Shown here piece by piece: positions 18,362 to 27,181 of a DNA stretch of 64,000 nucleotides. A program made the translations under genes and the position numbers. The notes under the pieces were generated by a model. That model did not search any database. It saw nothing but the letters and a program-made list of their open reading frames with translations, and was not told the DNA's origin. The stretch comes from Candidatus Woesearchaeota archaeon (GTDB taxonomy: Archaea > Nanobdellota > Nanobdellia > Pacearchaeales > GW2011-AR1): the NCBI GenBank assembly GCA_964410025.1, contig CAYPFA010000001.1, positions 31,401 to 95,400 of the forward strand, in the 5' to 3' direction. Within the stretch, counting starts at the first letter, position 1; each line of letters begins with the position of its first letter.

Positions 18362-20215
18362 TTAATTTCCTAATTCAAAATCGCCATATATTTTCTTAAA
18401 AATTCCCATTACCTCTGGAACAATCTTAACAGTATCTGCTTTAGAATCGGACAATGCTTTATTTAAATCATCAACATTCGAATCAACAAGTTTTTCTCCT
18501 CTTAATACGAATACTTTCCCAGCATCGACAACATAAACACTTTTCAAAAAGAAAACCTCAACAAGTTTTTCTGCTGTTTTTAAAACAAATCTCTTTCTAT
18601 CTATAGCAACAAAATCTTTTCTCTGAACATATTCAATCATAACATTTGTGATCTCTGCAGCCATTTTTCTGACATCTTCCATAGCAGTAATTTCTTTTGC
18701 CGTAACTTTTTTCTTTTTATCCTTATCAAAAGCTTCAAAATCTTTTTTAGTTTTAATAATAAATTTCAAATTTTCAGAAAATCTCGGCGGCATCTTTCCC
18801 TGCTTCACAAATTCATCATCGAATGCTTTTATAATAGCTGATTCTCCGCTCTTGCCCAATAAAGAACCAATCATTCCGAAAACGTCGCCATAAACCTGCG
18901 CAATCGACTTGTCCTGCATTCTTTTTTCAATCTGTTCTCTTAATTGCTTTAATCTTTTTATATAATCAATAGCATCTTTAGCAACTCTTTCAACTTCACT
19001 TCCACTCACTTTCTTAATCTTACCATGCTCCATTCCCTTATAATATTTAATACTAATTTCTTCCAAAATATCAGCATACTTCTTTTCAATTAATTTTTCT
19101 TTCTCAACAAATAATTCTCTAAACTCTTTGACAGTATCATAAACATTTCCCGGTGCTCTTCCATACAACATCAAAAGTCCTTGCGTTGGATATGAAACTC
19201 CAGTAAAAATATCCATAGTGACTATATCTAATAATCTTCTATTAATATTATCTTCAAGTCTATCTCCCGTCGACATAAACATATCCAAAGATTCTCTAGA
19301 TGCCTTAATCTTGCCCATCTTTAATAAAGATTTCCAAGGCAAAAATGCTCCTCTATCATAAAGTGGTATTCCGTCTCTAATAAAAGTAAACATAACTGGA
19401 TGAGCATCCTTAACCGCTTCCCAGAATTCAGTCATCAAATAAACCTGCGGAGAAAGAAGATTTTTAACGCCAGCAATAGCCGTTGCTTCCTGAATATATT
19501 GAAAAATAACTGAACGTAATTTTTCTTTCAATTCAAACCTAGGCATTCTTTTTACATCCGTATCATCAATAATAATAAAAACATCCACATCTGAAGTAGG
19601 CTTTGTTGTTCCTCTAACTAAACTTCCACCAATAACATAAGCACTAACATACTTTTCGAATTTTCTTAAAACCAAGGATTTGTGTATAGATGAAACTCTA
19701 AGCGCACCAAGTAATCCCTTATCTAAAATAGGATATGACATCGCCAAAGCTTCAAAAACATCGAATTTAGAATCCAATCCCAAATTCCAAATATCCACTG
19801 GAGTCATAATGTGCATCCAAATTTTATCATTAATATCTTTTGCTTTCTTTATGCACTCAAGTCTAATTTTCTGGATTTCCTTAAATTTATCCTCAGGAAC
19901 AACAACCAAAAGATGTATTAATTTTCTCTTGCAATCCGCTTCAGGAACCTCATACTCTTCTTCAATTTTTTGCGAAGCCTGAGCAGGAACAATTCCAATA
20001 GATTCTATAAATTTATATTGCTTAACCAAATCTTTTTTTAATTTTTCAATATCTGCCTTCGTTTTATCCATCTGCTTCACGACTTCTTTATCAAGTTCAT
20101 TTGCCATCGGTAAATTACCTAGCTTTGATTTTGGAATATAACCAGCAGAAAGATTTTGCTCAACAGTTTTTTCTTCTTCCTTTTTTCGATCTTTTTCAGA
20201 ATTACTATCAGCCAT
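18362..20215 (-). CDS. large nucleotidyltransferase-domain protein
   Basis: GGSLVRGTTKPTSDVDVFIIIDD is the pol-beta superfamily NTase signature. It is embedded in a 617-aa protein with a coiled-coil N-terminus and a long helical C-terminal region. Confidence 0.6.
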   Translation of the reverse strand: MADSNSEKDRKKEEEKTVEQNLSAGYIPKSKLGNLPMANELDKEVVKQMDKTKADIEKLKKDLVKQYKFIESIGIVPAQASQKIEEEYEVPEADCKRKLIHLLVVVPEDKFKEIQKIRLECIKKAKDINDKIWMHIMTPVDIWNLGLDSKFDVFEALAMSYPILDKGLLGALRVSSIHKSLVLRKFEKYVSAYVIGGSLVRGTTKPTSDVDVFIIIDDTDVKRMPRFELKEKLRSVIFQYIQEATAIAGVKNLLSPQVYLMTEFWEAVKDAHPVMFTFIRDGIPLYDRGAFLPWKSLLKMGKIKASRESLDMFMSTGDRLEDNINRRLLDIVTMDIFTGVSYPTQGLLMLYGRAPGNVYDTVKEFRELFVEKEKLIEKKYADILEEISIKYYKGMEHGKIKKVSGSEVERVAKDAIDYIKRLKQLREQIEKRMQDKSIAQVYGDVFGMIGSLLGKSGESAIIKAFDDEFVKQGKMPPRFSENLKFIIKTKKDFEAFDKDKKKKVTAKEITAMEDVRKMAAEITNVMIEYVQRKDFVAIDRKRFVLKTAEKLVEVFFLKSVYVVDAGKVFVLRGEKLVDSNVDDLNKALSDSKADTVKIVPEVMGIFKKIYGDFELGN

Positions 20216-20300
20216 ACCATATTGATGTTTTTGTGCTTTTTAAATGTTAAGAAACATATTCGTAAGCTTTAAAAGTCTTGAAAATTCTAAATTATTATAA

Positions 20301-20406
20301 GGGCCTATAAGCTAATGAACCATCGTGGTTGCTTATGGGTAAATAATAAATAAGGGCCTATAAGCTAATGAACCATCGTGGTTGCTTATGGGTAAATAAT
20401 AAATAA
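20301..20406 (+). repeat. two tandem 53-bp units, each starting with the first 17 nt of tRNA-Val
   Basis: Unit = GGGCCTATAAGCTAATG + AACCATCGTGGTTGCTTATGGGTAAATAATAAATAA. Identical copies lie at 20301-20353 and 20354-20406, and the third period begins the real gene at 20407. The unit is self-complementary (CCTATAAGC/GCTTATGGG and AACCA/TGGTT). Confidence 0.85.
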
Positions 20407-20477
20407 GGGCCTATAAGCTAATGGTAGACTCTCTCGCTTACACCGAGATGGCGGAGGTTCGATCCCTCCTGGGCCCA
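20407..20477 (+). tRNA. tRNA-Val (anticodon UAC)
   Basis: Acceptor GGGCCTA/TGGGCCC (one G-U), with T8, A14, G18G19 and A21. Anticodon arm TCTCG-CTTACAC-CGAGA and T arm GGAGG-TTCGATC-CCTCC. Discriminator A, and CCA is not encoded. The D stem has one C-A mismatch. Confidence 0.8.
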
Positions 20478-20503
20478 TTTAATATTTATAATTGAACCGG
20501 AGC

Positions 20504-20605
20504 TGGCGGAGGCGAAAATTTCGCTTTGAGTAAAAATAAATTAAGACAGAAAGCAATTTTTACGAAATGCAAAATTTGAGGAGATCCCTCCTGGGCCCAT
20601 TTAAT
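20504..20605 (+). repeat. partial 3' copy of tRNA-Val with 70 nt inserted in the T loop
   Basis: 20504-20512 TGGCGGAGG equals tRNA nt 44-53. A 70-nt insert follows (20513-20582). Then 20583-20605 GATCCCTCCTGGGCCCATTTAAT is identical to 20461-20483 (tRNA nt 57-73 plus 6 nt of flank). Confidence 0.7.
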
Positions 20606-20651
20606 TAAATACAATATAAATTCTTTTAAACCTATAGAAATTCCTTAATTC

Positions 20652-21107
20652 ATGCACATAAAAAATTTAGCAGATAGTTTGAATGTTACACCAGTTCCAA
20701 ATGTTGTTTGCAACGGAGATTTAATCGAAGTCCACAGAGGAATCGGCTGGCTAAAAAATACAATTGGAACAACCGATTTTCAAGAAACCTTACACAGATT
20801 TCATCCAGGACATCGAATGGGCGGAAATCATTATCATAAAAATAAAATTGAAGTTATAACAGTTTTAGAAAATCCTCTAGAAATTCATCTCGTAGACCCA
20901 AAAACAAAAACTTATTGGAATCAAGAAATACAACCAAATCACCAATTTACACTCGTCCCAGAAATCGCACACGCATTATTTTATAGAGGAAATAACCTAG
21001 CAATTGTTCTCGAACATGCCTCATTGGTTTTCAACCCAGCAGATCCAAGAAAAGACGTAATTCCATTTCAAATATTAGACAAAGAAACATATAATCAAAT
21101 TTACTAA
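20652..21107 (+). CDS. cupin-fold protein
   Basis: GGNHYHKNKIE (G..HxH....E) and PEIAHAL resemble the two cupin motifs. Confidence 0.5.
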   Translation: MHIKNLADSLNVTPVPNVVCNGDLIEVHRGIGWLKNTIGTTDFQETLHRFHPGHRMGGNHYHKNKIEVITVLENPLEIHLVDPKTKTYWNQEIQPNHQFTLVPEIAHALFYRGNNLAIVLEHASLVFNPADPRKDVIPFQILDKETYNQIY

Positions 21108-21108
21108 T

Positions 21109-21684
21109 TTAATTTCCAATCAAAACTTTTAAAATTCTATTCTGAATTTCTTCAACACTTCCAATCCCATCAACTTCAGAAACATCAGCGCCAGTATTGT
21201 CGTAATAATCTAAAATAGGAAAAGTTTCATGCTCATAAACTTCAAACCTTTTTTTTATCGTCTCTTCATTATCATCCGCTCTTCCCTGATGTTGGGCCCT
21301 CAACAAAAGTCTTTTCATTAATTCCTCTTCATCCGCAACTAAATTAATTATTCTCAAATTAGCATCATCAATTTCTTCAAGCATCTTATCTAATTCTCTC
21401 GCCTGAAAAACAGTTCGTGGATATCCGTCAAGTAAAATCCCCTCAGCTGAATCTTTATTTTCTTCCAAAAAATTTCCAACAAGCTTATTGGTGATTTCAT
21501 CAGAAATTAATTTTCCGCCATCCATTATTGCTGCAATTTCTTTACCAAAATCAGAACCCGATGCTTTTTCTTTTCTAAATAAAGCTCCAGTAGACAAATG
21601 CAAATAACCTAAATTCTTCGCAACTAATTCAGATTGAGTTCCTTTGCCAACTCCAGGCGCACCAAATAAAATTAATACTTCCAT
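21109..21684 (-). CDS. adk: adenylate kinase
   Basis: GAPGVGKGTQ P-loop, LSTGALFR, LLDGYPRT. Confidence 0.85.
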   Translation of the reverse strand: MEVLILFGAPGVGKGTQSELVAKNLGYLHLSTGALFRKEKASGSDFGKEIAAIMDGGKLISDEITNKLVGNFLEENKDSAEGILLDGYPRTVFQARELDKMLEEIDDANLRIINLVADEEELMKRLLLRAQHQGRADDNEETIKKRFEVYEHETFPILDYYDNTGADVSEVDGIGSVEEIQNRILKVLIGN

Positions 21685-21707
21685 TTTAAATATGAATTTT
21701 TACTTTT

Positions 21708-24700
21708 CTACTTTTCTACTTTTCCAATCTTACTTAAAATATCATTAACTTGAGAAGTCATTGCTTTTTGTTGCTCTGGTGAAATAACTTTTATAACCTT
21801 TTTCTCTTGAACCGGTTGAGCAGATTTCTGTTGTTGCATCTGTTGTGGTTTTACAATTATTTTCTGAATGGAAAGAATTTTCGGATTAGGTTTGTGATGT
21901 ATATTTATCTGCATAACTTTATTCTGAATAGGCTTTTGCGTTTGTATAACAACCGTTTTTCTATTTTGATTCTGTTGAACATTCATTCCTTTCATCTGTC
22001 CAATTTCCTGTCTAACAATATTTCTTATTTCATCTCTGATTGAAACAGAATTACTTGGTAAACCTTTTTTTTGAGGATTTTGCTTCAATAAATTTTTATC
22101 TCCGCCAGCTTTCTGAGCCAAGTTCTTAGCATTATTAACAACATTTGTCATTTTTGCAGCAGCTTTTTTTGCTTCAATTTTTCCTTTAATCACAGCCTGA
22201 GCAGCAGCCAATATTGCAATAGGAACTCTGTAAGGCGAACATGAAACATTACTTAATCCAATTCTATGACAGAATTCTACAGATGCAGGATCTCCGCCAT
22301 GTTCTCCACAGATTCCCATGTCCATATCTTTCTTTACACTTCTAGCTTTTGTTACAGCCATTCTCATAATTCTACCGACTCCTTCTTGATCAATTGTTTG
22401 GAATGGATCTTTTTCAAAAATATTTTTAGCTAAATAGGTAGGAATAAATTTACCAGCATCATCTCTTGAAAACCCTAAAGTTGTTTGAGTCAAGTCATTT
22501 GTTCCGAAAGACATAAATTCTGCAATCTTTGCAAGCTCGTCAGCAACAACAGCAGCTCTTGGAAATTCAATCATTGTACCAATTTTATATTTAACAACTC
22601 CTTCAGCTTTTGTATCTTTAGCAGCTTTCTTAACAATATCAACAATTAATTGAAACTCAACAGTTGAAATAATATTTGGAATTTCAATTTCTGGAATTGC
22701 GTTTATTCCTTGTTTTTTACATTCTATCGCAGCCTCAAAAACTGCTCTTGCTTGCATTTCAGAAATTTCAGGATAAACAACTCCAAGTCTACATCCTCTA
22801 AATCCCAACATTGGATTAAATTCGTGAAGCTCGTCGATCTTTGCCTTGATTTTTGCAACTGGCATATTTATTTTTTTAGAAAGTTCTTCAATTTCCTTAT
22901 CTTCTTTTGGTAAAAATTCATGTAATGGCGGATCTAAGAATCTTATAATTACCGGTAAATTATTCATTTCTCTAAATATTCCTTCAAAATCAGATCTTTG
23001 TAATGGAAGTAATTTCTCCAAAGCTTTTCTTCTACCCGCTTCATCATCAGCTAAAATCATTTCTCTTACCGAGTCAATTCTATCGCCTTCGAAAAACATA
23101 TGCTCTGTTCTTGTTAAACCAATTCCTTCAGCGCCAAATCCTCTTGCAATTTTAGCATCGCCTGGAGTATCAGCATTTGCTCTTACGCCAAGTCTTTTTG
23201 TCTTTTGAGCCCATTGCATTAATGTTCCAAATTCGCCAGCAAGAATTGGATCGATTACAGCCAAAGATCCTTTGTAAAAATCCCCTGTTGTTCCATCAAG
23301 TGTTAAATAATCTCCTTCCTTCAAAACCTCTCCGCCAATTGTCATTGTTTTCTTTTTTTCATCGATAATTAATTCAGAACATCCAGCAATACAACACTTA
23401 CCCATTCCTCTTGCAACTACAGCCGCATGTGAAGTCATTCCGCCTCTAGCAGTTAAAATTCCTTGAGAAACATGCATTCCCTTAATATCGTCAGGGGAAG
23501 TTTCAAGTCTTACTAAAATAACTTTTTCATCCTTTTCCACTGTCCATTCTTCAGCAACTTCTGCGTTGAAAACAATTTTACCAACAGCTGCACCAGGTGA
23601 AGCAGGCAAACCTTTTCCTAAAACATTAACTTTTGTTTTCGCAACCGGGTCAATTCTCTTGTGCAATAATTGATTAATTTGTTGTGGATCAACTTTCATT
23701 AAAGCCTCTTCTTCCGTCAATAATTTTTCTTTAACCAATTCAACAGCAATTCTAACAGCAGCAAGTCCAGTTCTTTTTCCATTTCTCGTCTGTAACATAT
23801 ACAATTTTCCTTCTTGTACTGTGAATTCAATGTCTTGCATATCCTTGTAATGTTTTTCTAAAGTTTGTCTAATTTCCAATAACTGCTTGTAAACAACCGG
23901 CATATCTTTTTCTAATCTTGCGATTGGCTCAGGTGTTCTAATTCCAGCAACCACGTCTTCGCCTTGAGCATTAATCAAATATTCGCCATAAAATTTATTT
24001 TCTCCATTTGAAGGATTTCTTGTAAAACAAACTCCAGTTCCAGATGTTGGTCCTAAATTTCCGAAAACCATTGCCTGAACATTAACGGCTGTGCCCAAAA
24101 GTCCTTTAATATCGTTCAATTGTCTGTACGTGATTGCTCTTGTATTATTCCACGAACTAAAAACAGCATCGACAGCCATAATTAATTGTTCTCTTGGGTT
24201 TTCTGGAAAAGATTTTCCTTTTTCTGCTTTAATCAAATCTTTATATTTTTGTACAATAATTTTCAAATCTTCAACTGTTAATTCAGTATCAATTTTAATT
24301 CCTTTTGTTTTCTTTTGATTATCTAAAATATGTTCAAATTTATCATGATCAACTTGCAAAACTACGTCGCCAAACATTTGTAAAAATCTTCTGTAAGAAT
24401 CGTAAGCAAATCTTGGATTTTGGGATTTCTGCGCCAAAGCCTCAACTGTTTTATCGTTTAAACCTAAATTCAAAATTGTGTCCATCATTCCTGGCATTGA
24501 AACCGCAGCACCAGAACGAACAGAAACTAAAAGTGGTGATTTATCATCATTAAATTTCATTCCAACTTTTTTTTCTAATTCAATAATAGCAGCGTCGATT
24601 TGTCCCTGTAATTCAGCCGGATATTTTTTTCCATTTTTATAATAAGCATCACAAGTTTCAGTAGAAATTGTAAATCCATCAGGAACTGGTAATCCCAAAT

Positions 24701-24791
24701 TAATCATCTCAGATAAATTAGCACCCTTTCCGCCTAAAAGTTGTTTCATCGAAGCGTTCCCCTCTTTGAATAAATATACGTATTTAGCCAT
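21708..24791 (-). CDS. ppdK: pyruvate, phosphate dikinase with a Q/K/N-rich C-terminal extension
   Basis: KGANLSEM, the phospho-histidine region GGMTSHAAVVARG, and the TIM-barrel motifs FMSFGTNDLTQ and CGEHGGDP. About 157 extra residues follow the usual C-terminus (...CSPYRVPIAILAAAQA). Confidence 0.9.
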   Translation of the reverse strand: MAKYVYLFKEGNASMKQLLGGKGANLSEMINLGLPVPDGFTISTETCDAYYKNGKKYPAELQGQIDAAIIELEKKVGMKFNDDKSPLLVSVRSGAAVSMPGMMDTILNLGLNDKTVEALAQKSQNPRFAYDSYRRFLQMFGDVVLQVDHDKFEHILDNQKKTKGIKIDTELTVEDLKIIVQKYKDLIKAEKGKSFPENPREQLIMAVDAVFSSWNNTRAITYRQLNDIKGLLGTAVNVQAMVFGNLGPTSGTGVCFTRNPSNGENKFYGEYLINAQGEDVVAGIRTPEPIARLEKDMPVVYKQLLEIRQTLEKHYKDMQDIEFTVQEGKLYMLQTRNGKRTGLAAVRIAVELVKEKLLTEEEALMKVDPQQINQLLHKRIDPVAKTKVNVLGKGLPASPGAAVGKIVFNAEVAEEWTVEKDEKVILVRLETSPDDIKGMHVSQGILTARGGMTSHAAVVARGMGKCCIAGCSELIIDEKKKTMTIGGEVLKEGDYLTLDGTTGDFYKGSLAVIDPILAGEFGTLMQWAQKTKRLGVRANADTPGDAKIARGFGAEGIGLTRTEHMFFEGDRIDSVREMILADDEAGRRKALEKLLPLQRSDFEGIFREMNNLPVIIRFLDPPLHEFLPKEDKEIEELSKKINMPVAKIKAKIDELHEFNPMLGFRGCRLGVVYPEISEMQARAVFEAAIECKKQGINAIPEIEIPNIISTVEFQLIVDIVKKAAKDTKAEGVVKYKIGTMIEFPRAAVVADELAKIAEFMSFGTNDLTQTTLGFSRDDAGKFIPTYLAKNIFEKDPFQTIDQEGVGRIMRMAVTKARSVKKDMDMGICGEHGGDPASVEFCHRIGLSNVSCSPYRVPIAILAAAQAVIKGKIEAKKAAAKMTNVVNNAKNLAQKAGGDKNLLKQNPQKKGLPSNSVSIRDEIRNIVRQEIGQMKGMNVQQNQNRKTVVIQTQKPIQNKVMQINIHHKPNPKILSIQKIIVKPQQMQQQKSAQPVQEKKVIKVISPEQQKAMTSQVNDILSKIGKVEK

Positions 24792-24848
24792 ACAAAACTA
24801 TTCTAAAAATTTGGTTTATAAATATTATGGTAATGAAAAAGATAAATT

Positions 24849-24929
24849 AATATTAAAATTAAAGAGCACTACAAATCTTTTTAAATCCTCGAAAAGTTAC
24901 ATTCTTAGGCAGTCGTGGTTAAGTGGTAG
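24849..24929 (+). repeat. 81-bp direct repeat, left copy (tRNA-Gly promoter region plus first 21 nt of the tRNA)
   Basis: AATATTAAAATTAAAGAGCACTACAAATCTTTTTAAATCCTCGAAAAGTTACATTCTTAGGCAGTCGTGGTTAAGTGGTAG is identical to 32151-32231. Downstream of nt 21 the sequence diverges into AT-rich DNA. Confidence 0.8.
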
Positions 24930-25035
24930 TTAAGTACCTTGTAGTATAATATATTTTGTGTTTACAATAGATACAATAACGACTCTTTAGTGACAAAATA
25001 GATAGATTTAAAATATTGTTTTTTATATAGATTAT

Positions 25036-26481
25036 ATGGTAGAGACAATATTGCTGGTTGGATTTGGTCATCACGCTAGAAGAATCTATTATCCTGTCTT
25101 AAATGAGGCAAGGGAGAAATATGATTTTATTATTGTAGATGTTGATAACCAAAAAGAAAGTATTGAAGGATTTTTTGCAGAAAGAGAACATAAGCCAAAG
25201 AAGATTATTTTATTAAAACAATTTTCAGAAGAGTTGCCAGAATTACCTCAAGAAACTAAGGCAATTCTTGATGCTGTAGTTGATAATTATAAAATAAAAG
25301 GAATGATCATATCTACTGATCCTCTTTATCATTTACACTATGCAAAATGGGCTCTAAAAAGAGAAATTTCTATTCTAATGGATAAGCCAATTAGTGCCCG
25401 TAAAAATATGTCTAGTGATGTGAACCAAGCCGAAAAGTTAAATAAGGATTATCAGGAGCTTTATGATCTCTATAGTACAAAAAGAAATAAGATTTTGTTC
25501 TCAGTTGTGTCACAAAGAAGATTTCATAGCGGCTTTCAAAAAGCAAAAGAGTTAATTAAAGAAGTTTTTGAAAAAACAAACTGTCCGATAACGTCTATAC
25601 AAATTAACCATGCAGATGGACAGTGGAGATTGCCAAATGAAATTATAGACATAGATTATCATTCATTTAATCAGGGATTTGGAAAATGTTCTCACTCTGG
25701 ATATCATTTTATTGATCTTCTTACGTTTTTATTTGAGGGTGCTACGAATGAAAGTAAGAAAGTAGACAATGTGGAAGTTTTTTCTAGTTTTCTAACTCCT
25801 CTAGATCATCTAAATCAGATTAGTTTAGAGGATTATGACAAATTATTTAGTAATTTTAGAGATTATAACAAATATAGTCATGAAGAATTAAAGAGAAAAA
25901 TGAGATTATTTGGAGAGATTGACGCATTTATTAATATGAATTTCAAGATTGGAGAAAATATAATCACTCTTTGTAGTTTAAATCTAGTACATAATGGATT
26001 CTCTCAGAGAGGTAATTTAATTCCAAATAAAGATCTATATAAAGGAAATGGGAGAGTAAGGCACGAAAGCTATATCATACAACAAGGTCCATTTCAATGT
26101 TTGCACATAGATTCTCTTCAATCTTCTGAAATTAAGGCAAACTCTGAGCCAAATTATGATATAGGCGGTGAGTATCATTTCGATATACATATTTTTAGGA
26201 ATGATAAGTTTAATAGCAAGTGGAAGAATTATGAAAAAATATCTATAAGACAATTACAGAAAAATAAAATGCTTAATTTATCTAGGGGACATCAAGAAGA
26301 TGCTAGAAGAGAAGCTACTTTTGAATTTTTGAATTATTTGGAGGGAGAGAGGAAAAAAGAATATGTGTCGGATTTCGCGCTTCATAAGAATACTGTGAAG
26401 CTTATAGCAGGAATTTACAAGTCTTCAGTCTTGAAACTAAATAATTCTAATCCATTGGTTAAAATTTCTTATGACTCCTAA
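25036..26481 (+). CDS. Gfo/Idh/MocA-like NAD(P)-dependent oxidoreductase
   Basis: N-terminal Rossmann start ILLVGFGHHARRIYYPVL, plus ISTDPLYHLHYAKWALKREISILMDKPIS (the EKP-like motif of the family). Confidence 0.6.
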   Translation: MVETILLVGFGHHARRIYYPVLNEAREKYDFIIVDVDNQKESIEGFFAEREHKPKKIILLKQFSEELPELPQETKAILDAVVDNYKIKGMIISTDPLYHLHYAKWALKREISILMDKPISARKNMSSDVNQAEKLNKDYQELYDLYSTKRNKILFSVVSQRRFHSGFQKAKELIKEVFEKTNCPITSIQINHADGQWRLPNEIIDIDYHSFNQGFGKCSHSGYHFIDLLTFLFEGATNESKKVDNVEVFSSFLTPLDHLNQISLEDYDKLFSNFRDYNKYSHEELKRKMRLFGEIDAFINMNFKIGENIITLCSLNLVHNGFSQRGNLIPNKDLYKGNGRVRHESYIIQQGPFQCLHIDSLQSSEIKANSEPNYDIGGEYHFDIHIFRNDKFNSKWKNYEKISIRQLQKNKMLNLSRGHQEDARREATFEFLNYLEGERKKEYVSDFALHKNTVKLIAGIYKSSVLKLNNSNPLVKISYDS

Positions 26482-27181
26482 AATATACGTAGTTGGTTTT
26501 GATGGCTTGCATAGATCTGGGAAAGGTACTCAAATTAATTATTTAAAAGAATATCTTACTGCAAGTGAGAGTCCTCATGTTGTTATTCGGGGAGATGGCA
26601 CTAGGCGGGGAAAAGGAGAGTTATCTTATGATCCAAAGTCAACTTGGTGGCAATTTAATTATGATTATTTTTTTAAACCAGATTCTTCCCCAAGCGAGAC
26701 TTTATATAAAAGGAATTTGCTCTATCAAAGAATTTCAAGAGAGGCTCAATTTTGGCTAAGAAGGGGATTGCCAACTATTGCTAGAGATTCTTCTGCAAAT
26801 AGAGCATTTTTAGTAATGGATCGAACTTTCTTATCTAGGTTATTTGTTATGAGGCAGATATGTCCGTCAATTAGCATAGATGAGGCTCTAAATTCTTATA
26901 ATCCAAATAATTCTAATATTGTTGAGTCTATTATACCAGATATAACCTTTGCTCTAGATGTTTCTAAAACAGAGTTACTCAGAAGGTGCGAAAGTGCAAC
27001 GGATCAGCCAGATAAGGCGGATTTTAGAAGGAACAATTTATTGAATCACTATGGGCTTTATGAGAAAGTTCTGGACGAAGTTTGTAGAGATTCGAGATTT
27101 AATGTTTGTCGTGTACCTGGGGAGTCTTCTCCGGAGGAGATCCATTCTTTTGTAAAAAAAGTAGTAATGGAGATGAAATGA
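26471..27181 (+). CDS. P-loop nucleoside/nucleotide kinase-like protein (dTMP-kinase-like fold)
   Basis: VVGFDGLHRSGKGTQ Walker A resembles the E/GxDGxGKST of thymidylate/deoxynucleoside kinases. Overlaps the upstream gene by 11 nt. Confidence 0.55.
   Translation: MTPKIYVVGFDGLHRSGKGTQINYLKEYLTASESPHVVIRGDGTRRGKGELSYDPKSTWWQFNYDYFFKPDSSPSETLYKRNLLYQRISREAQFWLRRGLPTIARDSSANRAFLVMDRTFLSRLFVMRQICPSISIDEALNSYNPNNSNIVESIIPDITFALDVSKTELLRRCESATDQPDKADFRRNNLLNHYGLYEKVLDEVCRDSRFNVCRVPGESSPEEIHSFVKKVVMEMK

Noticed and set aside
20301-20406. Possible CRISPR array (also considered for the 72-bp units at 39784-39927)
   Set aside because: The units are directly contiguous with no unique spacers. There are only two copies, the units are derived from the neighbouring tRNA, and no cas genes are in the window.
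27106-27177. Longer start for the 433-aa island ORF
   Set aside because: It would overlap the kinase gene by 76 nt. The ATG at 27178 forms an ATGA stop-start overlap, consistent with the coupling seen throughout this operon.
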